Shown here in pieces: positions 1 through 9,882 of a DNA stretch of 64,000 nt (positions are counted from its first letter, which is position 1; every line of letters starts with the position of its first letter). A model generated the notes under the pieces. The model ran no database searches, was not told the origin of the DNA, and saw nothing but the letters and a program-made list of their open reading frames with translations. Source of the DNA: a virus (lineage: Duplodnaviria; Caudoviricetes); the IMG/VR virus record IMGVR_UViG_3300013383_000024, positions 1 through 64,000 of that record, one strand, 5' to 3'. A program made the position numbers and the translations under genes.

Positions 1-29
1 AATATAGCATACCCTTTGCCACTTGTCAA
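1..29 (-). promoter_or_regulatory. Leftward sigma-A-type promoter
   Basis: Minus strand reads TTGACA-N17-TATATT with TG extended -10; it points out of the window. Confidence 0.6.
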
Positions 30-351
30 GGCCTGATTACAATATTTTTTGAATTTGTTTTAAAGCATTCAATCTGCATATGCCATGCAACAAAATAACA
101 GAACGTCGCATAGTGGGCATAGGTTTTGATATTTTGGACAGCTTGCAGACCGTGAAGCAGATGTAGTCGCTCACTCTCTCCGCTCAACTTTTCCCCTCAA
201 AACACCCCTCATTTCCACATTTTATCGCATTATTTCAAACTTTTTATATCATTTTTATAATAACTTTTTAAACTTTTTAATAGTTTCTCACTCATCATTT
301 CAGCTCGTCGGATACTCTAAAAAATAATTTTGAAAAATGTAAAATTATCTC

Positions 352-380
352 TTGACATGAAGACCTATTTTTGATATACT
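352..380 (+). promoter_or_regulatory. sigma-A promoter of the recombinase gene
   Basis: TTGACA(352-357)-N17-TATACT(375-380) with TGn extension, upstream of RBS AGGAAGGA. Confidence 0.75.
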
Positions 381-416
381 ATACTCGTAAATCATGATAG
401 GAAGGAGCATCTCTAT

Positions 417-1253
417 TTGATAATAGATATCAACTCTAAACGATCACCCAGTGATACAACAATAGATATTGGTAAGCTCAAGCAGAGTTCTCGACAGCTC
501 AAAGCCGGTCTTATCGCTCCTGCAGCAGAAGACACGAGCTATGAGATTGCTGCTGAGCATACCAGCGAACCAATAAAGAGCATAGAGGATATCAATCGCA
601 TTACCCAGTACCTTATCGATCAAAAGCGCTGGAGAGACAATATGCTCTTTATTGTAGGTATCAACTTCGGGCTACGAGTTAGTGATCTGGTAAGCTTAAG
701 ATTCTCTCACATAATAAATCCGAACTTCACCTTTAAAGATAAGTTCCCTATCTTAGAGAAGAAAACTAAGAATACCAGAAAGGTAAAAAAGAATAGATAC
801 CTTACCATCAATACCGCAGTCATTGAAGCTGTTACCCTCTACCTTGAGAACACCCCGGGAGTTAAGCTTAGTGACTACATGTTCCGATCAGAGAGCACTG
901 GTGGTAACTACAGCGAAGATAACCAGGACAATAAAGAGAATAGACCTCTAAGCAGAAGTTCTGTGGATAGAATACTTAAAGGTATAGCTAATGATCTTAA
1001 CCTCAACTGCAAGGTATCTACTCACACCTTGAGAAAGACCTTTGCTTATCATCAGATGGTTATGAGCGGCAACTCCTCAAGGAAGCTGCTTGTCCTGCAG
1101 AAGATGTTTAATCACTCCTCAGCTGCTCAGACTCTTGAGTACATAGGTATAACCAGCGAGGAAATTGATGAAGCTTACAAAGCTCTTAACCTTGGTAGTC
1201 TCAACTATAACTACTTGGCAGACAGTACGATAATTGAGATCGATGCCTGTTAA
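417..1253 (+). CDS. Tyrosine recombinase (integrase/resolvase family, catalytic domain)
   Basis: GLRVSD, K, HTLRKTF, NHSS and LEYIG catalytic motifs. Confidence 0.9.
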   Translation: MIIDINSKRSPSDTTIDIGKLKQSSRQLKAGLIAPAAEDTSYEIAAEHTSEPIKSIEDINRITQYLIDQKRWRDNMLFIVGINFGLRVSDLVSLRFSHIINPNFTFKDKFPILEKKTKNTRKVKKNRYLTINTAVIEAVTLYLENTPGVKLSDYMFRSESTGGNYSEDNQDNKENRPLSRSSVDRILKGIANDLNLNCKVSTHTLRKTFAYHQMVMSGNSSRKLLVLQKMFNHSSAAQTLEYIGITSEEIDEAYKALNLGSLNYNYLADSTIIEIDAC

Positions 1254-1416
1254 GTGATTATATAAATAAAAAAATTGTACCTTGATAAATAGGTCGTGAT
1301 GACCTCATATAGATAATTACCTACTGGCCAAAAATAGCTAAGCATTAAATAACCACTATGTAACGAGAACGCTGCGGACGGTTTATGCCGTTGTTGGATA
1401 AAGAGGGAATGTAAGA

Positions 1417-1523
1417 TATTATCCAGTGTTGAATAAAGGGAGAGAGCAGCATCTTTATTAGCGTTCGAGTGGATGGAGAGAGATAGAGCAGAATAATTAC
1501 CAGTGTTATAAAGAGAGATAGAT
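1417..1523. repeat. Imperfect direct repeats (CCAGTGTT..ATAAAG.GAGA; GAGAGATAGA)
   Basis: Copies at ~1423-1446 and ~1500-1521; further ATAAAG-purine motifs nearby. Confidence 0.45.
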
Positions 1524-1720
1524 AATGCTTAGCAAAAAAAATATATTATATAAAATTTATTTCTTTAACGATAAAGGAAAAGATTATATAAAAATAATTT
1601 CTTTATCAATAGAAGAAAAGACTTTCTTTTATTATTTTTTTAGGACTTACTTCGTCGCAATTCCTACTGTAGCTCTCTGCGAACACCAGTTAACGGAATT
1701 GCTCCTCAGATCATGAAGAA

Positions 1721-1858
1721 TTTATAATGTATCTTAACGTTCATGTCCCATTTACTCCGCTGGGTAAATTACACTATTTAAACGAGTCTCTGACTCGGCT
1801 TAAATAGATACGAGATTCCCCGTAGAGGTCAATGTGCCATGAACTAATACATTATAAA
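1721..1858. other. ~140-nt imperfect hairpin (candidate origin, cruciform or ncRNA)
   Basis: Nested pairings TTTATAATGTAT/ATACATTATAAA, GTTCATG/CATGAAC, CTATTTAA/TTAAATAG, CGAGTC/GACTCG. Confidence 0.6.
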
Positions 1859-2022
1859 AGGATTAGAGTCTATTTCTAAGAGAAGTGAGCCCGCAAACCC
1901 TTGCGCCCCAATGGGTTCAGAAAAGCTTAGCAGGGCACCCTGTGCTAAAATGATATTTTCCCTCACCCCCTACCCCCTCTCCCAACGTATAAAATATATC
2001 AAAACACGAAAGAAGGAATTGA

Positions 2023-2130
2023 ATGATTAAAAGGAAAAGAATCTTTAACACAGACACGATCAGCCGCGTCGCTGCGGACTACGAAGAAACTGCCTATGCT
2101 TATTTAGACGAAGAGGTGTGCCGTTGGTAA
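2023..2130 (+). CDS. 35-aa small ORF overlapping the helicase start
   Basis: RBS AGAAGGA, ATG 2023, TAA 2128-2130; MIKRKRIFNTDTISRVAADYEETAYAYLDEEVCRW. Confidence 0.4.
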   Translation: MIKRKRIFNTDTISRVAADYEETAYAYLDEEVCRW

Positions 2131-3389
2131 GAGTTTGCGACGCAATTATGGGCAGCGGTAAGACCGAGTCTGCCATCACATATATGAACGAACACCCCGA
2201 AAAGAAGTACCTCTATGTCACACCGTACCTCAGTGAGACTGAGCGCATTTGTGCTGGGTGTCCTGATTTGAATTTTCAGCTGCCATCCAACAAGTCCGCA
2301 AAGCACAAACACAGAAAAACACTTCACGCTGCCGAGCTTATCGCACAAGGGCATAATGTCGCCACGACCCATCAGGCTATAAACCAGTATCCGCCGGAGA
2401 TGATAGAGCTTATCAAGCAGCAGGACTATACACTGTTCATTGATGAAGAACTGCAAGTGCTTGAAGAGACCAGCAAGCAGAAAATGATATTCTCGCAGGG
2501 GGATCTCGATGCGCTCGTTGATGGCGGGTATGTATGGTTTGACGGAGAATCTTATCGTCTGACAGATAAAGAGTATAACGGAGAGACCGCGAAGCGGCTT
2601 ATTCACCTTATCAGAACGCGCAGCATGCTGAGGATAGACGGCGGCGGAGCTGCCTTTAAGTATTACTGGGTGTTCCCTGCGGAATTCATAAAGGCATTTG
2701 AGGATGTGTTCCTCTTAACCTATATGTTTGATGGGCAGGATATGAAGATATTTCTGGATATGAACGACATCCCCTACAAGAAGATCAGTACCATACGTAC
2801 CCCGGATGGAGAATATAGGTTTGATATGGAGATGGCTTATGGATGGGTCCCTGAGTACACTAAGCATCTTTCAGAGAAAATCCACATTGAGGATGACCGC
2901 AAACTAAACCTTGTTGGCAAGAACTATTACGATATTTCGAAGAATTGGTATGCTAAGAAAGAGAATGCAGCCGCAGTTAAGCAACTTAAGGACAATACCT
3001 ACAACTTCTTTAGAAATCGTCACGGGAATATCCCCGCCGAGTATAGGATGTTTTCTACTTATAAGGATGCGAAAGCAAAAATCAGAGGAGCCGGTTACTC
3101 CAGTGGGTTCGTAGTAGTAAACGCTAAAGCTACGAACGATTATTGCAACAAAACCGTCTTAGCTTACTGTGCAAATCTGTTCTTGGATCGATGTAAGAAA
3201 AACTACCTTGTTAGTATGGGTTATGAGCCCAACGATGATTTGTATGCTCTTTCAAATATGGTTCAATGGATTTGGCGCTCGGCCATCCGTAGAGGTAAAG
3301 ACATATACATATATATTCCCAGTAGACGCATGAGGACTCTCCTTATTGACTGGATCAACTCTTTCAATAAAGGAGGTGAGTGCGAATGA
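2118..3389 (+). CDS. SF2-helicase-like P-loop protein, SPbeta YonV-like
   Basis: N-terminal Walker A DAIMGSGKT, Walker B LFIDEE, QWIWRSAIR motif; lies upstream of the RNAP gene; true start may be TTG 2124. Confidence 0.75.
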   Translation: MPLVRVCDAIMGSGKTESAITYMNEHPEKKYLYVTPYLSETERICAGCPDLNFQLPSNKSAKHKHRKTLHAAELIAQGHNVATTHQAINQYPPEMIELIKQQDYTLFIDEELQVLEETSKQKMIFSQGDLDALVDGGYVWFDGESYRLTDKEYNGETAKRLIHLIRTRSMLRIDGGGAAFKYYWVFPAEFIKAFEDVFLLTYMFDGQDMKIFLDMNDIPYKKISTIRTPDGEYRFDMEMAYGWVPEYTKHLSEKIHIEDDRKLNLVGKNYYDISKNWYAKKENAAAVKQLKDNTYNFFRNRHGNIPAEYRMFSTYKDAKAKIRGAGYSSGFVVVNAKATNDYCNKTVLAYCANLFLDRCKKNYLVSMGYEPNDDLYALSNMVQWIWRSAIRRGKDIYIYIPSRRMRTLLIDWINSFNKGGECE

Positions 3390-3553
3390 ATAGAAGCTTT
3401 TACTATGGAACTACTAAGCGTAAGCCTGCCGAACCTGATTACTATTTAGACATATACAGCTGCTCGGATGCAGCTATTGATCGCGTTATAGAAGCAAGAC
3501 GTGCTGAGTTTATTGAGGAGTGGCTTCAGTACGAGAACCAGTTTTACAACTGA
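3386..3553 (+). CDS. 55-aa hypothetical protein
   Basis: Strong RBS AAGGAGGTGA; ATGA overlap with the upstream stop; not in the ORF track. Confidence 0.7.
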   Translation: MNRSFYYGTTKRKPAEPDYYLDIYSCSDAAIDRVIEARRAEFIEEWLQYENQFYN

Positions 3554-3609
3554 GTTTTATTTTTTGATTATATCAATACTGTTTTTCGTTAAAAACGGAG
3601 GGATTTATA

Positions 3610-5514
3610 CTGTCAAAACAACAAGCGTGTCAAAAATTCATATTCAAAATACATAGCAGCAGGCTGCGCAAAGCTAAATGGAAGCTAAACTTATCGCTGC
3701 CTGATGCACGGAGAAACAACGAACTAATCTCCCTGGCTGATAGTCAGGTACTGAGATGGATAGATGAAATAAATGGAGTATACGACGCTGAACGTCGTGC
3801 GAGAGAAATAAAGAGACGAATACGAGATATACATAAGGCAGATAATTGTGCCGAACACAAACGGCTGCTGCGCACCTTGTACACAGAACTGGATAAGGTG
3901 CAGTTCAAGCCGGATTATATGTGCTTAATAATTGATAAAGATAAGGACTACTATAGAGCCAATCGTGGCTTTTCGATCAACGGAGTAGTGTATGAGAGGC
4001 TGCTGGGCACTGCCGGTGGCATTAAGAACAGGACGATAGTATATGTTAGTAAAGCTGTTGCTCCTGAAATCAAGAGACGAATTAATAACGGGCGTGACTT
4101 GACCAAAGAATTAGTTCCCGCCAAACTTGAAGCATATAAAGCGTTAGCCTGCAGCGCTACGATACCCGTAACTATGCCGTCCGGAGTTTTAGTCGTTCCT
4201 GACTGCGAGACAAAGTTTTATTCAGATATTATATATTTGAGCAATGAGAATTCCGATGAACCGGTTATGGAAGAACGCAGTAACGAGCTTGTAGAGTTGA
4301 CCGAGTCTGATGGTTACGGTCTTATGCTGCCCTCACTGGCTCAGCGGTGGAGCGCTGAGCTAAAGCTGGACTATACCATGAGTGGCTGCACGACAAGGTG
4401 CGCCTATGAAAAGGGCATGGTATTTACATTTGATTTTGTAGACTTCGCTGAAAAGATCGCCGGTACTTTTATAACTAAAGACGCATGGGGTAATGAGGTC
4501 GACATCCGTACAGTCGAGCTTATACTTACAACCTCTATGTTGAAGCTGTGGGATTCCTACGATAGCTGTGACGATTACCTGAAAAATTGCATTGCCAACG
4601 GATATACGTTTGGGATCACCAAGACTTGTCCCGCTCGTCTTGAAAAGGAACGCGGAACCAACTATCAGTTTATCCAGCCTTACGACTTGAGTGACGAAGA
4701 CATAGATGAGTTGATCGCTCCGACAATGTCTGAGATAAGAGATGTGCTTGGCGGAGACTATGTAAAGACCGTGCTATTTCTTAAAGGCTGTGGCTTAAAG
4801 GATGACGATGTTTCGTCGCTGGCAAATAACTATGCCAAGGCTATTATGATCGAGCCTCGCATCCTTAACGATCCCTATATTCAGGGCAACATATATCAGC
4901 TTATAAAGAACCGGGTTAACGAAGCCAAGGTTGGTGTGCTTAATGTCCACGGGAATTACTCAATAATTTGCGGAGACCCATTTTCGCTGTGTCAAAGCAT
5001 TTTCGGACTTCCCGTCACTGGATTACTTAAGGCCGGGGAGATTTATAATAAGTTTTGGCTCGACGCGGGGGCTGACAAGCTTGCCTGTTTCCGAGCGCCT
5101 ATGTCAGTTGCCAACAATATCAGACTGGTAAATGTGCATCGCAGCTATGCAGCTTCGTACTGGTACAGATACCTGACCACCTGTACTCTGATGAATAGCT
5201 TTGATACTGCAGCCCAAGCTCTCAACGGCGCTGATAAAGATGGAGACCTTGTAATGTTAACTGACAACAACACATTGGTTAACTGCCTAACTCCCCTGCC
5301 AGCTATTGTGTGTGCTCAGCGGAGAGCTGCTAAAAAGGTTGTCACAGAGGACGACATTATCATGTCTAACGTAAATAGCTTCGGCGACGAGATCGGCAAG
5401 ATAACAAACCGCGTAACATCCATGTATGAGGTGCAGGCAAGATACGAAAAAGATTCGCCAGAGTATAGAGAGCTGGATTATAGAATCAAGTGCGGCCAGC
5501 TCCTCCAGCAGGAT
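3610..5514 (+). CDS. yonO: Single-subunit RNA polymerase, YonO-like (cRdRP-fold two-barrel), exon 1
   Basis: Open frame from CTG 3610 behind RBS GGAGGGA; SDGYG motif, FRAP motif, catalytic NGADKDGD (5233-5247); spliced product 914 aa. Confidence 0.85.
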
Positions 5515-6579
5515 TTTAGTTTTACTATAAGTCCGCTTACACGGTAACGTGTTTGAAAACGACCCATTGAATTGCTGGAAACCCCTAAAGCTCACAACAC
5601 CACAACGCAGTCCTGAAACAGGCAAACGTGACGGTGACGAAAGTAGAAAAAAGTTGTGAGATGGCATAAGGTTAAATCCTAAGTGCTGTAACAATGGGCA
5701 ATCAGCAGCCAAGCCTCGAACAGAGGAAGGTTCAACGACTAAGCGCCCCGCAAGCGATTGGCGGGGACTGTGGTGGGCACCCCATTGGGGTGAAGATATA
5801 GTCTGGGCTCGCGGGAAATCTGCGAGGGTTTATCCAACGGGGAGTAGCGTCCTGTTCACATCTTAATTAACCTTATAAAATAAATAAGCATGAGTGGAGA
5901 TTTCGTTGAAAGAAAATTTACTGGAAAGGACTTTTGGAAGATTGACGGTTATTGCCTCTGCAGAAGATAGGAGAGGTAAGACTATGTGGAAATGTAGGTG
6001 CGAGTGCGGTAACGTTGTCGTTGTTAGAGCAACGTGTTTAAAATCGGGTGAGACTAAATCGTGCGGTTGTTACCAAAAGGAATGTGCGTCTGACAGAGCC
6101 GCGAAGCACAAAGGTTTTGGCACGAGGTTGTACACTGTTTGGAACAGTATGCGGCAACGTTGTAATAACCCCAACAATCACGCATTTCATAACTACGGGG
6201 GACGTGGGATCAAGATATGCGAGGAGTGGGACGACTTTGGTAAATTCCGCGACTGGGCTATAAAGACTGGTTATGACGATAGCGCATTGCAGGGAGAGTG
6301 TACACTGGATCGTATAGACAACGACGGCCCGTACAGCCCGTCGAATTGCAGATGGGTCAGCATGAGAGAGCAGTCCAGTAACAAAAGAGGCACCCCGCAT
6401 CTATGTTATAACGGGGAGGTTCATACCTTAATGGAGTGGGCTGATATAACCGGCATTAAATACCAAACAATACATAAACGCTATTCTAAGGGTTGGCCTG
6501 CTGAAGCCGTTTTAAAGCCTGTAGGCTGACACGTTGATACAATATATAAATTAAGATGTGATTTACGTTAAACAAAACG
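5515..6579 (+). ncRNA. Group I intron 1 (IA-like), in the RNAP gene
   Basis: P AATTGCTGGAAA, Q AATCAGCAGCC, R GTTCAACGACTA, S AAGATATAGTCT; P1 GGAU/GUCC with U.G; terminal G6579; splicing gives CGQLLQQD-SIDKAKG in frame. Confidence 0.93.
5894..6529 (+). CDS. Intron-encoded HNH-type homing endonuclease
   Basis: FGRLTV..WKCRCECG, YGGRGI, TLDRIDNDGPYSPSNCRW; sits in a loop closed by CACATCTTAATT/AATTAAGATGTG; start possibly TTG 5906. Confidence 0.85.
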   Translation: MEISLKENLLERTFGRLTVIASAEDRRGKTMWKCRCECGNVVVVRATCLKSGETKSCGCYQKECASDRAAKHKGFGTRLYTVWNSMRQRCNNPNNHAFHNYGGRGIKICEEWDDFGKFRDWAIKTGYDDSALQGECTLDRIDNDGPYSPSNCRWVSMREQSSNKRGTPHLCYNGEVHTLMEWADITGIKYQTIHKRYSKGWPAEAVLKPVG

Positions 6580-7419
6580 TCAATAGATAAAGCAAAGGGT
6601 ATTATCTCTAAGCCTATGCCTAAGGCGTGGTATGACTGGAAGACTGCCGTAAACATGCCTGAAGACAAACGTGAGCTGTATACCGCCATTGTTGCGGATA
6701 AGAAGCCTTATTTCATGCGATATATATATCCAGCTTTGATGAAGGACTACAATACATATATAAAGAAATCATCCAGGGCGTGTCTAAGAGAGTTCGGTAA
6801 GACTGTAGATGAATTACTCTCCACTCCCTTCGATGAACTTACCGACAAGCAAACCGCTTTCTTGCGGCAGTATAAGAACAAGATGCCTGTCGGTATGAGC
6901 GACTGTGTTATGAACAAAATATGTCGCAAGTTTGAGGCAGCGTTTGACTCCGCTGAGTCCCGTCGCTTTGGGCTGGATAACTTTGATTATGAGATAATGA
7001 AGTCCGGGGCCGAATATAGCAAAGCCGAGTTTAATAAATTAGCCAAGCTGTATGACGCCTACATAGTTGAAGTAAAAAACGTAGTTGCGTTATCGTCTCA
7101 TTCTCGCTTGTCTTCCGACGAAATTAAGCAGCGGTATGACTCGCTGCATGCACGTTTCACACGTGAGTGTGAAATGGCCTGCCCTAACTCAAAGACCCGC
7201 TGCGATATAATCATTGATCTATGCTATGGCGAGAAAAGAAATAAGAAATTCGTTTGGGATGTGTGCGGGGAACAAATAATCGAGAACCTGCTGGAGAAGA
7301 ATAATCGGATTATCTCCTACCCTATCGAAGATGAGAGCGGAGATATCCGATTCAGAGGGTTGACCTTTACATTAAAACAAATGACCTTAGAGGGGGAATC
7401 TAATGAGTATAATTCTTAA
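6580..7419 (+). CDS. yonO: YonO-like RNA polymerase, exon 2
   Basis: Frame opens at 6580 (SIDKAKGIISKPMPK), continuous with the 6616 ORF; KKPYFMRY motif. Confidence 0.85.
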   Translation, partial: SIDKAKGIISKPMPKAWYDWKTAVNMPEDKRELYTAIVADKKPYFMRYIYPALMKDYNTYIKKSSRACLREFGKTVDELLSTPFDELTDKQTAFLRQYKNKMPVGMSDCVMNKICRKFEAAFDSAESRRFGLDNFDYEIMKSGAEYSKAEFNKLAKLYDAYIVEVKNVVALSSHSRLSSDEIKQRYDSLHARFTRECEMACPNSKTRCDIIIDLCYGEKRNKKFVWDVCGEQIIENLLEKNNRIISYPIEDESGDIRFRGLTFTLKQMTLEGESNEYNS

Positions 7420-8188
7420 TGAAATAAATTGGGCGCAGGACATGAACTCCTGCGCCCAACCGATGCTGGGTAAAAAACCTTTTGAAACTTTATCCCGTAT
7501 GGCCAAATACTACTGTCATGAAGGCATGACCAAGAGCGCTGCTCGTGATGCGCTTGACGTGTTTTTGTTGAAGTGTGACCCTGATGCAAATATTGTCTCA
7601 TGGTCTGATTCTTTAGACAGGGCTTTAAAGAACGGCTATAAGTACCAGCCCATTGAGCTCGATAGTATTGGTGTGTCAGCATCAGAGATCGCAAAAGTGG
7701 ACGAGCTTAAAACAAAGCAGATACGCAGACTCGCTTTTACGCTGCTCTGCCTGTGTAAGTATTGGAATGCTTTTAAACCCGGCAATAATAACTGGGTGCG
7801 GACACCTGATACAGATATTATGCGCATGGCAAATATACACACATCGGTAAAACGGCAATGCGCTTTATTCAGAGAGCTCAGTAATATGGGCTATATTAAA
7901 TTTTCCAGGCAGGTGGACAATCTTAATGTTCAGGTACTTTTTATGGACGATGAACCGCCTGTGCTCTTAATACATAATTTTGACAATCTGGGCTATCAAT
8001 ATTTAAAATATCACGGAGACCCCTATTATTATGAATGCTGCAACTGCGGAGTTACCGAGAAACGAAAAGACTTAAGCTCAAGACCGCCTAAGTACTGCCC
8101 TACTTGCGCCGGTATTATCAAGGCCAAGCAAACAGCCGAAAGCGACAAACGGCGTTACTCTCGGAGGAATATAAATATTCCAAGTTAA
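7403..8188 (+). CDS. Hypothetical protein with possible wHTH and C-terminal zinc ribbon
   Basis: CCNCG..CPTC; overlaps the RNAP stop; RBS GAGGGGG. Confidence 0.7.
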   Translation: MSIILNEINWAQDMNSCAQPMLGKKPFETLSRMAKYYCHEGMTKSAARDALDVFLLKCDPDANIVSWSDSLDRALKNGYKYQPIELDSIGVSASEIAKVDELKTKQIRRLAFTLLCLCKYWNAFKPGNNNWVRTPDTDIMRMANIHTSVKRQCALFRELSNMGYIKFSRQVDNLNVQVLFMDDEPPVLLIHNFDNLGYQYLKYHGDPYYYECCNCGVTEKRKDLSSRPPKYCPTCAGIIKAKQTAESDKRRYSRRNINIPS

Positions 8189-8202
8189 TTTGCGGAAATA
8201 AG

Positions 8203-8242
8203 TACCCCTCAAAAAGCCAGTGTTTTCAATGGTTTGAGGGGT
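8203..8242. other. Inverted repeat/hairpin
   Basis: TACCCCTCAAA...TTTGAGGGGTA; a second hairpin GCGGCCAG...CTGGCCGC lies at ~8277-8305. Confidence 0.55.
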
Positions 8243-8330
8243 ATATGCACTGTGCGATGTGATGATGATGATTATAGCGGCCAGTCTTTTTACAAAGCTG
8301 GCCGCAATACAGAATGAAAGGATGAAGCAT

Positions 8331-8552
8331 TTGATAAAGATAAATGCCGCTGAAAAGCAGGCTATATCAAAGAAATTTCCCCATGTACATATCGTGCGTA
8401 CAATGAAGTCTGACTCCAAGAGGCATCATTACTATTGTGAAGAGCAACGTGATGCTATGCGGTTCCTCCGTGAACTTAGAGGGCAGCTTCCTCGCAAGAA
8501 TAAGAGAAATAGCAAGGGGGCATTTAATGAGCGAGTTAGAACGAAGACCTGA
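8331..8552 (+). CDS. Small basic hypothetical protein
   Basis: TTG start behind GAAAGGA within ORF 8259-8552. Confidence 0.6.
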   Translation: MIKINAAEKQAISKKFPHVHIVRTMKSDSKRHHYYCEEQRDAMRFLRELRGQLPRKNKRNSKGAFNERVRTKT

Positions 8553-9717
8553 TGAAACTGAGCTCGCCCATCACAAACGCCTTATTTACGGTAAGCTTGT
8601 AGATAAGACTTTAGCTGATGTCGATTACTCTGAACTGGCTGAGGAGCTTTATGGGCAGTCATACAGCAGTGACGTTGCGCGACGTATGGCATATGGATCC
8701 CGTAAGACACTCGAACTGATAGAGCGTCAAAGCGAAGATGCATTAGCCGCTGATGGTTTACTCGGTGAGTTAGATATAAAGCGTTTTGAATTGCAGAAAG
8801 AGCGACAAAAGTTTTTTGATTATCGAGCTGCTTTTAATAAGCTGCTTAGAGAGCGCTCTCGGCAGGAAGAACTAAATGACATACTTGTCAAAGCAATCGC
8901 GGATAGCGACCTTCCTGTACTAAATTATATTCCTCACGAGTTTACGCCGTCGGACAATGACTTGTTGGTTAGTCTCAATGATATTCATTATGGTGCTAAC
9001 GTTAAAAATTATTGGAACACGTACAATTCAGAAGTCTGCGCAGAAATGTTTGAGCGCTATATAGATAGGATACTTGAGATTCAACAGATACATAACAGTG
9101 AAAATTGCATCATTTGGTGTAACGGCGATGAAATTAGCGGATCTATTCATCACTCTATCGCTGTGACCAACAAAGAGAATGTAATAGAGCAGATCAAAGG
9201 AGTGTCTGAGCTTATAGCAGAATTTCTTGCCGCACTCAGTCCCTATTTTAAATCAGTAATATTCTTAAGTGTTCCCGGCAATCATAGCCGAATGGATACT
9301 AAGGAGAGAGCTTTGCTCAGCGAAAGACTTGATGATCTTATTGGCTGGTATCTTAATGCCAGGCTACAAACCTTTGAGAACATATTTATAAGCGATAATC
9401 GTATTGATGACACAATGTATCTTATCGATATTCGTGGCAAGCTCTATGTAGGTGTGCATGGAGATTTTGATGAAACGCCTGCTAAGATTCAAGCTATTCA
9501 GACTATGGTTGGTCAACCGATATATGCAGTTCTTGCTGGACATAAGCACCATAACAAAGTAGATGTGATACAGGGTATCAAGGTTGTTATGGGCGGTTCA
9601 TTTATGGGAATGGATGATTATTGTGTCCAAAAGCGAATTTTCGGCAGACCTGAGCAAGCGGTCTGCGTTTGTGACCAAAATGGTATACGCTGCACATATG
9701 ATGTAGCTCTAAATTAA
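8527..9717 (+). CDS. Calcineurin-like metallophosphoesterase (SPbeta YonJ-like)
   Basis: DIHYG, NGD, GNH, HGD, GHKH motifs; ATG 8527 behind AAGGGGG. Confidence 0.85.
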   Translation: MSELERRPDETELAHHKRLIYGKLVDKTLADVDYSELAEELYGQSYSSDVARRMAYGSRKTLELIERQSEDALAADGLLGELDIKRFELQKERQKFFDYRAAFNKLLRERSRQEELNDILVKAIADSDLPVLNYIPHEFTPSDNDLLVSLNDIHYGANVKNYWNTYNSEVCAEMFERYIDRILEIQQIHNSENCIIWCNGDEISGSIHHSIAVTNKENVIEQIKGVSELIAEFLAALSPYFKSVIFLSVPGNHSRMDTKERALLSERLDDLIGWYLNARLQTFENIFISDNRIDDTMYLIDIRGKLYVGVHGDFDETPAKIQAIQTMVGQPIYAVLAGHKHHNKVDVIQGIKVVMGGSFMGMDDYCVQKRIFGRPEQAVCVCDQNGIRCTYDVALN

Positions 9718-9722
9718 AACAG

Positions 9723-9749
9723 AAGCGGAGGCTATTCAGCCTCCGCTTT
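9723..9749 (+). terminator. Intrinsic terminator
   Basis: AAGCGGAGGCT-attc-AGCCTCCGCTT-T. Confidence 0.7.
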
Positions 9750-9882
9750 GTGCGTTATATGGGCGGATTTCTCCTTATGTGGGTCGGTAGACTTCCGGCA
9801 CAATATCGCACTTTCTCAGAACGATTTTAATGCCGAACTTGTCGTATGTCAAGTAAAACACAGAGAAAAAGGAAGTGAATAA

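Noticed and set aside
1525-1716. 63-aa ORF
   Set aside because: Low-complexity AT-rich tract with no RBS
3877-5547. RNA-dependent RNA polymerase (RNAi-type) annotation
   Set aside because: The fold is shared, but SPbeta-like context indicates a YonO-type DNA-dependent enzyme
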